Assembly: GCA_048213135.1 (NCBI GenBank)
Contig: PS015009.1
Span: forward strand, 1,922,001 to 1,986,000
Length of the DNA: 64,000 bases
Direction of reading: 5' to 3'
DNA from: Reclinomonas americana ATCC 50394
Taxonomy: Eukaryota
In this document: positions 10,330 to 19,226 of the stretch, one piece after another
How positions within the stretch are numbered: position 1 is the stretch's first letter
How the letters are laid out: each line of letters opens with the position of its first letter
Notes under the pieces: model-generated
What the model was told of the DNA's origin: nothing
Seen by the model: only the letters and a program-made list of their open reading frames with translations
Databases searched by the model: none
Made by a program: the position numbers and the translations under genes

Positions 10330-11733
10330 TTATGGATTAGGAATATCACCGGAAGCCGGTTTCTTTGTTATGGCTTTGGCTATAAAATAGATGATCATGA
10401 ATGCGGCAAGAACGGATAAACCCACCAACGCGGCATTGTCATTGTTCTTATAATCCAGCGCAATGCTGATGCCCACAAATGTGTAAGCGGCAATAAAAAT
10501 TACCGGCAATACAGGATAAGCTTTCATTTTATAGATGCCCGTTCCGTCGAGGTATTTTGTTTTCTTTCTCAATACAAAAATAGTGGCTGCGGAAAGCACC
10601 ATGCCGAAACAATCGAGGAAAATGGTGAAGCTCAATATGGTGTCAAACTCTTTCGCCCAGAAAACGATAAGTGCACACAATGCGGCAAACACCGTTAGTG
10701 AAACGGTAAGCACATCCGTTTTTTCATTTCTCTTTTTAAAAGCCGGTGGAAGTATCTTGTCCTCGCTCATGGCGTACATCACCCGGGGGTTACTCATCAG
10801 CAATACGTTCACATAAGCAAGTACGCTCAGGAACAGGAAGCCAGACAATATTCTTTCCGCGTTAACCCCAAATATTTTGGATGCCATAATAGCGGCGATG
10901 TTCTTACTGTTCTTGATCTCTTCAAACCCGATCACTTTGATGTAGGCATAGTTAATGGTGAGGTAAAGAATGATAATGATGGAGATACCAAGGAAGATGC
11001 CACGGGGTACATTCCTGGTGGGTTTGTCCACTTCGGCGCCAAAGTTGATGGTTTGCTGGTAACCGCCGTAGGTAAAACTCACTGCAACCAACCCTATGCC
11101 GAAAGCTTTCAGGTATTCCATGAAAGTTGGGCTGATGCTGCTTCCTGCTGCTGCCGCTGTGTGCGGCGGACTTGAGAAAAAGATAGGGGTGATTAGCAGC
11201 AGTATCAGTATGATCTTGATAATGGTAAGTACACTTTGCGTTTTGGCGCTCATCTTCAATCCAAGCAGGTTCACACAATAAAAAATAATGATGGCGGTTA
11301 TGGCGATAACGATTTGTATGGTTTGAATGTAAGAAGCGTTGCCCGACTCGCCCATCCAGGCAGCGTCTTTTGAAAGAGGAAGAACAATGCCGGTAATGTA
11401 TTCACCGCCAACAAGCGCCACACCTGCCAGTGATGCGGCATTGGATACAAGTATGATGCAGTTAATGGCAAAGGCGATGGAAGGGTGGTAGGCGTAGGAG
11501 AAAACTTTATAATACCCGCCGGTTACTGGCAACCGGCTCCCGATCTCGGCATAGGTAAGCGCCCCGCAAAAAGCTACCAGGCCACCGGCCAGCCATGCGG
11601 TAAAAAAAAGGAATGTATCGGGTGATGCTTTGGCAACATTCAGTGGCGTCCGGAAGATACCCATGCCGATCACCAGGCTTACCATGATCATGGTAAAGTC
11701 GAAGAGGTTCAATTTTTTCGAAGAGGCTGTCAT
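10330..11733 (-). CDS. APC-family amino acid permease
   Basis: About 12 TM segments; 'IGMGIF', 'YAEIGSRLPVTGGYY', 'FTYGGY', 'PRVMYAM'; co-oriented 21 bp upstream of the PLP enzyme. Confidence 0.92.
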   Translation of the reverse strand: MTASSKKLNLFDFTMIMVSLVIGMGIFRTPLNVAKASPDTFLFFTAWLAGGLVAFCGALTYAEIGSRLPVTGGYYKVFSYAYHPSIAFAINCIILVSNAASLAGVALVGGEYITGIVLPLSKDAAWMGESGNASYIQTIQIVIAITAIIIFYCVNLLGLKMSAKTQSVLTIIKIILILLLITPIFFSSPPHTAAAAGSSISPTFMEYLKAFGIGLVAVSFTYGGYQQTINFGAEVDKPTRNVPRGIFLGISIIIILYLTINYAYIKVIGFEEIKNSKNIAAIMASKIFGVNAERILSGFLFLSVLAYVNVLLMSNPRVMYAMSEDKILPPAFKKRNEKTDVLTVSLTVFAALCALIVFWAKEFDTILSFTIFLDCFGMVLSAATIFVLRKKTKYLDGTGIYKMKAYPVLPVIFIAAYTFVGISIALDYKNNDNAALVGLSVLAAFMIIYFIAKAITKKPASGDIPNP

Positions 11734-11815
11734 GCTTTGAAGGTAGGAAAAATAGTCTTATGTCGTTAGTAGTGAGTAATCAGGTAGTGTAGCAGTTTGA
11801 ACCCTGTTCCTTTGT

Positions 11816-11909
11816 GTCATACCGAGGTAACGAGGTATCTCTAGTCACGGTAACGAGATTTCTTCCAGATATCGTTCCTCATCGGGACAGGCTCTTTCAT
11901 CGGAATGAC
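11816..11909. repeat. REP/MITE-like palindromic element (copy 1)
   Basis: Terminal inverted repeat GTCATACCGA...TCGGAATGAC (1 mismatch) with internal hairpins; about 55 bp recur inverted at 36962-37016. Confidence 0.7.
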
Positions 11910-11975
11910 CTGTTACATCAAACAGGTACACTGCCGGTAAATAGTATAGATGGCTTCAATATTGAAACAGGTGTA

Positions 11976-12004
11976 AAAAGCAAAGCCCCCGGCTAGAGGG
12001 GCTT
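11976..12004 (-). terminator. Terminator of the fibre/T9SS operon
   Basis: AAGCCCC-loop-GGGGCTT (11983-12004) preceded on + by an A-rich run, i.e. a U-tract on the minus strand. Confidence 0.65.
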
Positions 12005-12029
12005 GTCAATCAGAATGTGGTTTTTAAAC

Positions 12030-13403
12030 CTATTGTTTAATGATCTTCATCGTTTTTTGTGAAAGCCTGGAATTCCAGTTGAGAACGATGGTATAACTGC
12101 CGCTGCTTAAATTTTCCACCGGAAGGGTCAGCTGGTTGTTGCCGGCAAGTATGTTCTGCCGCTGCACTTTTACAAGGGCGCCTTTACTGTCATACATACT
12201 AATGGTGGCAATGGAAGATGCCGCGGCCTGCACAGTGATGAATAATTTTTCATGAACAGGATTGGGCCAGACTTTCCAATCTTCCACCTGCCCGCAATCA
12301 TTTTTCATAATGCCGGTATAAGTACTTCCGCTATTGATATTCCATTCTTTTATCCTGTAAAAAGCAATGCCTGCTGAAGGGCTGTTATCAGTAAAGGAAT
12401 AGTTTCTTTCTGTCGTACTGTTGCCTGCCGCGGTTACCCGGCCTATGCTGTACCAGTCAACAGCATTGTCACTGCGCTGTACTTCAAAGTAGCTGCTGTT
12501 TTGCTCAAAACCGGTGCGCCAGCTGATGTATACTTTGCCATCCCGGCATTGGGTATTAAAGAGAACGAATTTGATGGGTAAAACATTGCCGGGCGTCGAT
12601 AATGTCCATCTTGAAAAAGAAGCAATACCTGTTTTTTCAACATAGTTGGCGGACGTGCTCCTGGAAGTGAACCCCTGATCAACCCAGGTTGTGTTATTGA
12701 CACTTCTCCATAAGGTGAGCAGGTTCTCATCCATGCCATTCAGCTCTGAATCGAAGTACGTGAATTGCAGTGTTGCGTCGAGGCCGGTATTGATTTGCGG
12801 AGAGATATCGTAATAGCGAAAAATACTGCTGCCTCCGCCACTGCCATTGGTTTGTTGTACATGGCCGCGTTTCACCAGGCAGAACCCCATATTGGCTGAA
12901 GAAGTAATGACAGCCCCGAGATTGCCGGGATTAACGCCATTAGGGGCATTCATGGGGACAGCTCCAATTTCTACAGTACCCCCGTTTGGCCCGACAATCT
13001 TACTCGCTTCTCTTTCGTTCAGTAATAAGCCCGTTGGTGCCAATACCAACCGGTTATTATTCAGGTGCAGCTGACCCGCGGTAAAATTCACTGAAGTGGA
13101 AACGGTTACCGTTCTGTCCAGGAACAATCTTCCTGTTCCCGGTTTATCTACTTCGAGGATATCGAATGAAGTTGCAGTAGTGCCCATGATAGTATCATTG
13201 CTGTTGCCGGAGAAATGCACGGTTCCGTCACCTGCTGCGATGCTTGATGCGCCATTATTATCATAGTTGAGGTCTTTTATGGTAACAAGCGCTCCGTTCC
13301 TTGGTTTGAAGATGGCACCGGGAGACACATACAACACATTTTGCGCTGTGCTGCTTAATGACAGTAACAACAATAGGACAAGTTGATATATTTTGTTCGG
13401 CAT
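12030..13403 (-). CDS. T9SS type-A sorting domain protein
   Basis: Signal peptide; beta-rich N-domain; 'FSRWTL...VLPIKFVLF...WRTGFEQNSSYFEVQRS' Ig-like module; CTD 'KVWPNP...LSSGSYTI...KIIKQ'. Confidence 0.88.
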   Translation of the reverse strand: MPNKIYQLVLLLLLSLSSTAQNVLYVSPGAIFKPRNGALVTIKDLNYDNNGASSIAAGDGTVHFSGNSNDTIMGTTATSFDILEVDKPGTGRLFLDRTVTVSTSVNFTAGQLHLNNNRLVLAPTGLLLNEREASKIVGPNGGTVEIGAVPMNAPNGVNPGNLGAVITSSANMGFCLVKRGHVQQTNGSGGGSSIFRYYDISPQINTGLDATLQFTYFDSELNGMDENLLTLWRSVNNTTWVDQGFTSRSTSANYVEKTGIASFSRWTLSTPGNVLPIKFVLFNTQCRDGKVYISWRTGFEQNSSYFEVQRSDNAVDWYSIGRVTAAGNSTTERNYSFTDNSPSAGIAFYRIKEWNINSGSTYTGIMKNDCGQVEDWKVWPNPVHEKLFITVQAAASSIATISMYDSKGALVKVQRQNILAGNNQLTLPVENLSSGSYTIVLNWNSRLSQKTMKIIKQ

Positions 13404-13422
13404 GATGATTTTTCTTTTTTAT

Positions 13423-15651
13423 TTAGTCGCCGATAAGAATAATATTCCACGTAACACTGTAATCAATGGGCGCATTGTGTGTGTTGATCAATCGTGCGCT
13501 GCAGCCCGTCGTTGTTACATTATAGATGACCAGTTGCATGCGGAACAACTGCCCTGATGCTCCACCCGTACTCACAATATCACCCACGATCACTTGTGGC
13601 GGAGTAGTAAATACACCTGCGGGAAAAGAGATGAAACCTTCTCCGGAAGTACCAAAGGCGGGCAGGGAAGCTCCGAAAGCTGCGGTTTTGGTATAATATT
13701 TTAACGGGGCACTGCCATTGGCATTGCTCATGATGCCTTTGTTGCCTCTTACCAAAAGATTGTTGGTGACTTTAACGTCTCCGTCATCATCTACTATCAA
13801 TTTATCGCTGCCACCAGACCGGAGGATTACCCTGCCTGTACTGTTGCTGGAATAAGTGCCCACCCGAAGATCATTGCCGCTTAATTGTACAAAACCTTTT
13901 TCCACAGCGTTGGCCTGCAGGCTTAAAGTGGTGTTGCTGCTTTTGTTGAAGGTCATGTTACCATCGAGCTTACTATCACCATCTACATCAATAGTAAGTT
14001 TTACATTATTGTTCAAGCTGAATAACAGCTTTCCTGTTGTGTTCCATACGTTAGTGCCGATCTCCATATTTTTATCCGCATCTATAACCATAGAGCCGCC
14101 TACATTATCATAGTTGCGGATGCTTACAGAAGGCCGGTCATCTGCTCGTACCATTATATTTCTGTCTACCTCTAATTTAAAGGCCGGGTTATTGATCCCG
14201 ATGCCTACGTTTCCGCCACGCATAATCACCATCGCGTTCTTCCTGTTAGCGGCATCAGCGCCATCACCCACTATGAACAAGGGTGTAAAACCGTTAGGTG
14301 AGGTTTGACTTGAAGCGATCAAAGGATCATTATACATACCTACAGCGGTGCTGCTGTATCCCCGTGTCAGCAATCCCTGGCCCAGTGCTGTGGATACTTC
14401 CCCGTTTGCGCTTGAATTAATTCCGCTGACCAAAGAATATTCCCCCGCAGCAGTTGTAAAAACACCCATTGCTGAACTATACCCACCGGATGCGGTATTG
14501 CCTGAGCCAATGGAAAAGGATGCATATCCCGAGGATGTATTACCGCCGCCCAACGCCACGCTGTTATCGCCGGAAGCATCATTACCAATACCTAGCGCTA
14601 CGGAATTGCTGCCCGAAGCCCGTGAATTATTACCGCCTGCAAAAGAAGCGCTGCCTGTAGCTTTTGCTAAAAATCCCGCTGCAAAAGAATTGGCACCATT
14701 TGCCTCTGATACCTGTCCGAACGCGGTTGCATTATCGCCCGGTGCTTTTGTATTAAGGCCTGCGGAAAAGGATGCATTCGTACTGTTAAAAACAAGCGCA
14801 TTACCCGGCGACTCCATCAGCTGCTTTGTCGCTTTGTTATAAAACCGGGTGAACGTGAGGTTGAAGCCCCTGCCATTTGATCCATCCGCATTGGAACGGA
14901 AGATCACGTAATAGGTACCGGTAATGGTAAAGTTGGCAGGTATTGGGTTTGCGGCAGTGAAACGGTAATTATAAAACGTGCGGCAGCCCGGGAATGATGA
15001 TGAGCCCAGCCATAAAGTATCGCCTGTGCCTAATCCATAATCCGCGGCAGCTGAATTAACCCTGTACCCTGTTTCGGTATTGGGAAAATCAAAATGAATA
15101 TTTCCCTGCATGTTGTTGTTGTAATTTCCTGTTCCTCCCGGATCGTATATCCTGAACACACTGTCGCTGCCCGGAATATCCTGCATTGCGGAAAGGTTGG
15201 TCATCGTGTAGATCTGTGCTGGGAGCGGGGCGCTGTTACTGTGCGTTAATTTTCCCTGCATCAGTAAACTGCCATTGGCCTGGATACCTTCCTGCAGGTT
15301 TGATATGCTTAAGTCTGTATTAACAGCTATATATTTTTTGTTGGAGTAGGCAATCGTATCCTGCTGCATATACCAGATGGTGTCCATACTGTTTCCATTG
15401 CCGTTGTTTTGCCAGCGGCTGCCATCATAGTACCACAATTTATTACTGGCAAGACTGTACACCTGTAAACCTCTTACCGGCGCCGCTACCGAAGAAGTGT
15501 CGGCTACCCTTGGCAGTAGTAAACCTTTATTGGTCGTACTCAGTTCGAGGATGGCGCTGTTGTTAGGCGTATTGGTCCCGATGCCTACATTCTGGGCCTG
15601 CACCAATTCACAAAAGAAAAATGCCGTTACAAGAAAGAATAACTGTTTCAT
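13423..15651 (-). CDS. Trimeric-fibre/adhesin-like protein (CUB-like domain, YadA/Hep-Hag head repeats, tail-tip-like C-domain)
   Basis: 'QNVGIGTNTP...KGLLLPRV' N-domain; CUB-like 'YDPGGTGNY...FRSNADGSNGRGF'; about eight 14-aa 'ASGxxSxAxG' repeats; C-terminal 'ISFPAGVFTTPPQVIV...NVTTTG...WNIILIG'. Confidence 0.72.
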   Translation of the reverse strand: MKQLFFLVTAFFFCELVQAQNVGIGTNTPNNSAILELSTTNKGLLLPRVADTSSVAAPVRGLQVYSLASNKLWYYDGSRWQNNGNGNSMDTIWYMQQDTIAYSNKKYIAVNTDLSISNLQEGIQANGSLLMQGKLTHSNSAPLPAQIYTMTNLSAMQDIPGSDSVFRIYDPGGTGNYNNNMQGNIHFDFPNTETGYRVNSAAADYGLGTGDTLWLGSSSFPGCRTFYNYRFTAANPIPANFTITGTYYVIFRSNADGSNGRGFNLTFTRFYNKATKQLMESPGNALVFNSTNASFSAGLNTKAPGDNATAFGQVSEANGANSFAAGFLAKATGSASFAGGNNSRASGSNSVALGIGNDASGDNSVALGGGNTSSGYASFSIGSGNTASGGYSSAMGVFTTAAGEYSLVSGINSSANGEVSTALGQGLLTRGYSSTAVGMYNDPLIASSQTSPNGFTPLFIVGDGADAANRKNAMVIMRGGNVGIGINNPAFKLEVDRNIMVRADDRPSVSIRNYDNVGGSMVIDADKNMEIGTNVWNTTGKLLFSLNNNVKLTIDVDGDSKLDGNMTFNKSSNTTLSLQANAVEKGFVQLSGNDLRVGTYSSNSTGRVILRSGGSDKLIVDDDGDVKVTNNLLVRGNKGIMSNANGSAPLKYYTKTAAFGASLPAFGTSGEGFISFPAGVFTTPPQVIVGDIVSTGGASGQLFRMQLVIYNVTTTGCSARLINTHNAPIDYSVTWNIILIGD

Positions 15652-15675
15652 TTTTTGAGTGGTTTAATTGCAACT

Positions 15676-15725
15676 CAAAATTGGAAAACTAAGCGGGAGG
15701 GTACAATAGCGAAATGGGGTGAATT
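15676..15725 (-). promoter_or_regulatory. Operator and -7 element of the fibre operon
   Basis: AATAGCGAAATGGGGTGAATT (15705-15725) is 20/21 identical to 16488-16508; CAATTTTG (minus strand) at 15676-15683. Confidence 0.65.
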
Positions 15726-15805
15726 TGGGGAATGTGTGAATGAGAGGGTATGCAAATATGGGGATGGTTGCCATTGCCTGGTCTCCCGACCGGCGGTTTT
15801 GATTG

Positions 15806-16444
15806 CTATACAATCTTGTCGCGGATAGCTTTCGAAACGGCTTCTGTACCGGAATGTACATGTAGTTTGCTGTAGATATTTTTCACGTGAGATTTAACCG
15901 TGTCATTGGCCACAAATAATTCCGCGGCAATCAGTTTATAACTCTTGCCATCTACCAGTAACTGCAATACTTTTTTCTCCTGGGGTGTAAGATTATAGGT
16001 GTCGTTGATCACCGGCGGCTGAAGATTGGTTTTAAATAATTCCAGCACCCTCCTGGCAATGCCCGGTGTCATAGGAGATCCGCCTGCCCTTACATCTGCA
16101 ATCGCATCCAGGTAACCGGTTGGGGAAGTGCTTTTCAGAATATAACCTGAAGCCCCGGCGCATATGGCATTGAAGATGTACTCATCTTCAAAAAAGATGG
16201 TTTGTATCAGTACCAAAACTCCCGGGAACCTCTCCTTGATGATCTTCGTTGCTTCTATGCCGTTCATGCCGGGCATCTCAATGTCCATCAGTACAATATC
16301 ACAGGGTGAAGCTTCCAATTGCGGAACCAGGTCCTGGCAGTCGGGGTAGGCGCCGCTGCAGGTATAGTCTGCCGAACTGTCCAGTAACAACTGGAAAGTT
16401 TCCCGTAAATGCCTGTTGTCTTCAAAAATGGCGACGCGTATCAA
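15806..16444 (-). CDS. NarL/FixJ-family response regulator (REC + LuxR HTH)
   Basis: 'FEDN', 'LMDIEMPGMNG', 'GYILK', HTH 'LTPQEKKVLQLLVDGKSYKLIA...TVKSHVKNIYSKL'; TTG start. Confidence 0.95.
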   Translation of the reverse strand: MIRVAIFEDNRHLRETFQLLLDSSADYTCSGAYPDCQDLVPQLEASPCDIVLMDIEMPGMNGIEATKIIKERFPGVLVLIQTIFFEDEYIFNAICAGASGYILKSTSPTGYLDAIADVRAGGSPMTPGIARRVLELFKTNLQPPVINDTYNLTPQEKKVLQLLVDGKSYKLIAAELFVANDTVKSHVKNIYSKLHVHSGTEAVSKAIRDKIV

Positions 16445-16459
16445 GAAATATATTTTTTA

Positions 16460-16508
16460 CAAAATTGATAAAAGCCCGGCAATATCAAATAGCGAAATCG
16501 GGTGAATT
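16460..16508 (-). promoter_or_regulatory. Operator and -7 element upstream of the response regulator (autoregulation)
   Basis: AATAGCGAAATCGGGTGAATT (16488-16508); CAATTTTG (minus strand) at 16460-16467, same geometry (+/-1 bp) as at 15676. Confidence 0.65.
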
Positions 16509-16516
16509 GCCTTTGC

Positions 16517-18406
16517 TCAGGAAACGGGCATCTGCAATTGAATGACAGTCCCTTTGCCATCAGCCGTGTCGATCGACAAAATCGCTTTCAACCCGCCAGC
16601 CCTTGTTTTCATATTATCAAGACCATTGCCCCTTCTTATTTTTTCCTTGTCAAACCCGCTGCCGTTGTCAGTTACAATGAGGTTCAGCTGTTTGTCAGAC
16701 CTCGCTACGGACACATCCACCCTGGTGGCGCCGGAATATTTTACAGCATTGTTGACGGCTTCTTTAAATATAAGATAAATGTCTTTTCGCTGCTGCATGC
16801 TGAGTTTTACCGATTCCATGCCTTCCATATGAAAAGAAGTTTCCAGGCTGGCGGCAGAGCCCATTTCATACAGAAAGCGTTCCATCCTTTGTCCGAGGCT
16901 TTCTCCTTCATTCTCACCCGGCTTGATCATCCACACAATATCGCTCATCTTATCAACGGTCTCCTGGGCGTTGCTGCTCATTTTTCGAAGCAATTCTTTT
17001 TGTGAATTGTCTGTATCGTCTTTCTCCGCTACCATCTGGCTCAGCATACGGATACTGCTCAACGAACTTCCTACTTCATCATGCAAGTCGGCAGCGATGC
17101 GGTTGCGCAGTTCCAGCTCTTTCATGCTTTGTTTCAGCTTATTCCTGTTCATCAGCAACCATACAGCACCCAATGCCAGCAAGGCGATCAGGGCGCCGCC
17201 AAGCGCAATTAACTGTTGTTGCCGTAATTTCTGCCGGTGTAACTCTTCATTCTTGTTTAACAATTCTATTTCCTTGTCTTTTTCTGTAACACGAAAAGTA
17301 GCCTGCAGTTTTGCAGTCTCATCATTGAACCGTTTTTTAACGATGCTGTCGTTTAAGCTGCTGCTGATCTTCAGGTAATCGTATGCTTTCTGACTATTCC
17401 CGGATTTTGAATAAAGTTCGGAAAGATGTGTAGTGCTGATCTGTTCCCGTACCAGGTCTCTTTCCTGCTGCAGGATGCTGTAAGTTTTTAATTCGTATTC
17501 TATTGCTTTTGGATAGTTTTCCAGTTTGTCATAAATAAGGGAAAGGACTTCATATGCCACGGCCTGTTGTTTCAGGTTGCCGGTCTGTGCCGCATAATCA
17601 CGGCTTTTCAATGCCATTGCTTCTGCTTCACGGTATTGCTTAAGGCCGGCATAAGCCTGTGCCAACCCGCTTGTATAGGCTGCCAGGTTAGCTACATCGG
17701 TCAGGCTGTCGGCAATAACGATCGCCTGCTTATAAAGCGGGACAGCTTTTCCGTGCTCCCCGGTCCTGGTGTAAATGTCAGCCCTCTCTGAGTATACCAT
17801 TGCCGTCATCCGTACATTATTGATTTCACGGAAAAGGTGACCTGCTTTTTCGAGGGCCTCCAATGCAAGTGCATACTGTCCCTGTTCCTCATATACATCG
17901 CTCCTGATGGTATAGATGCGGCCCATTCCATCTTTATTGCCCGACTCTTCCGCATACTTCATCGCTGTATCGCAGTTTTTCAATGAAGCGCTGAAGTTTT
18001 CAAGATTGGTGTACACATCGGCCCTGTTGAGATACATTAGTGCCAGCCGTCTTTTATTACCAACTTTATGCGCATAGGGCAATGCACTGTCGATATACAA
18101 AAGCGAAGTGTCGTATTTGGCATTCAACGAATAAGCAAGCGATATAGCTGAGTAACAGCGTTCGATACCCGGGTTAAATTTCAGTTTTAATGCCAGCGTC
18201 AGCCCTTTTTTAAAATAGGGGATCGCTTCTTCCGCATCTTCATAAATAATGGTTACGCCCGCCTGCCGGTAAAGATTCACTTTGCCGGTGTCTTCCGGAG
18301 ATTTTGCGATCAGGCGGACAATAGAATCCAGTTCCGGATTTTGCGCATAAAGCGACGTGGAATAAGATATCGGCAGTACAATAAAAAAGAAAATGATCCG
18401 GAACAT
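16517..18406 (-). CDS. TPR-sensor histidine kinase (HisKA_3)
   Basis: Likely start MFRIIFFF (18406); periplasmic TPR repeats; one TM; 'RIAADLHDEVG', 'KEAVNNAVKYS', 'DNGSGF', 'GNGLDNM'. Confidence 0.92.
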   Translation of the reverse strand: MFRIIFFFIVLPISYSTSLYAQNPELDSIVRLIAKSPEDTGKVNLYRQAGVTIIYEDAEEAIPYFKKGLTLALKLKFNPGIERCYSAISLAYSLNAKYDTSLLYIDSALPYAHKVGNKRRLALMYLNRADVYTNLENFSASLKNCDTAMKYAEESGNKDGMGRIYTIRSDVYEEQGQYALALEALEKAGHLFREINNVRMTAMVYSERADIYTRTGEHGKAVPLYKQAIVIADSLTDVANLAAYTSGLAQAYAGLKQYREAEAMALKSRDYAAQTGNLKQQAVAYEVLSLIYDKLENYPKAIEYELKTYSILQQERDLVREQISTTHLSELYSKSGNSQKAYDYLKISSSLNDSIVKKRFNDETAKLQATFRVTEKDKEIELLNKNEELHRQKLRQQQLIALGGALIALLALGAVWLLMNRNKLKQSMKELELRNRIAADLHDEVGSSLSSIRMLSQMVAEKDDTDNSQKELLRKMSSNAQETVDKMSDIVWMIKPGENEGESLGQRMERFLYEMGSAASLETSFHMEGMESVKLSMQQRKDIYLIFKEAVNNAVKYSGATRVDVSVARSDKQLNLIVTDNGSGFDKEKIRRGNGLDNMKTRAGGLKAILSIDTADGKGTVIQLQMPVS

Positions 18407-18610
18407 GGAATGGTTTATAATTGGTAAGCCGGCGATTAAATGGATAACCACCGGAATGGTCAGGCATTCTCAGGAGGTGCGGACTTTGCGTCTTTAAATA
18501 TATAATAATTTTTTATAAAGAAGACTGTGACAGGATAATATAGCGGAGAACAAAAATTAAATAAGGGCTTTTATGTAAAATATCGGCGATCGCGTTCTAC
18601 CTTTGCAACG

Positions 18611-18982
18611 ATGTTTCGTATCGGGACAACCATATTGCTACTGGCTGCTTTTATTGCGCAGGTTTTTACCGGGCAACTCATCCGGCTTGATTATATGGTG
18701 AATACCGGCGCTTACGCTAAAAACTGTGAAAACAAGGCCAGGCCTAAGTTACACTGTAATGGTAAGTGCCAGATGATGAAAAAGCTGAAAGAAGCGGAAA
18801 AGAAAGAGCAGGACAATACGGAACGCAAATACGAAAACAAAGAGCAGGTACTTTCTTCAAAATCTTTTTACGCGACAGTGACGCCGCGTATGGTTGTACA
18901 ACCTTCACACAACTATTATATTGCAAATGAAGGCGAGGCTGTTAAAATGCCCCGTTCCTTTTTTCATCCTCCATCCGTTTAG
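18611..18982 (+). CDS. Cys-rich exported small protein ending in FHPP (candidate regulatory upstream ORF)
   Basis: Hydrophobic N-terminus; 'CENKARPKLHCNGKC'; C-terminal 'RSFFHPPSV*'; TACCTTTG at 18598-18605, 5 nt before the ATG. Confidence 0.8.
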   Translation: MFRIGTTILLLAAFIAQVFTGQLIRLDYMVNTGAYAKNCENKARPKLHCNGKCQMMKKLKEAEKKEQDNTERKYENKEQVLSSKSFYATVTPRMVVQPSHNYYIANEGEAVKMPRSFFHPPSV

Positions 18983-19064
18983 TATATCCTCTTCACTGAC
19001 AACGGTATACAAGTAACCTTGTGTAGCTGTATGCTATTATCGTAACCATTACAAATCAATCCTT

Positions 19065-19208
19065 ATGGTTCGCCCGCAAAACGGCACCGGCCCATCTGTG
19101 ATCAGGCGTGTACGTACAAGAATAACCATCATTATATGGATATTACTTGCCGGCATACTGTTCCTGAATTACCGCTGGTTAGCCGAACTGTACCACACCA
19201 TCTTTTAA
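19065..19208 (+). CDS. 47-aa single-TM small protein (below the ORF-track cutoff)
   Basis: ATG 19065 to TAA 19206-19208: MVRPQNGTGPSVIRRVRTRITIIIWILLAGILFLNYRWLAELYHTIF; ends 18 nt before the mbnP-like start. Confidence 0.5.
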   Translation: MVRPQNGTGPSVIRRVRTRITIIIWILLAGILFLNYRWLAELYHTIF

Positions 19209-19226
19209 CGCTATAAAATTATTATA

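Noticed and set aside
6482-15651. Prophage remnant
   Set aside because: The fibre-like genes carry Sec signal peptides and host-type promoters and terminators, and there are no capsid, terminase, baseplate or integrase genes.
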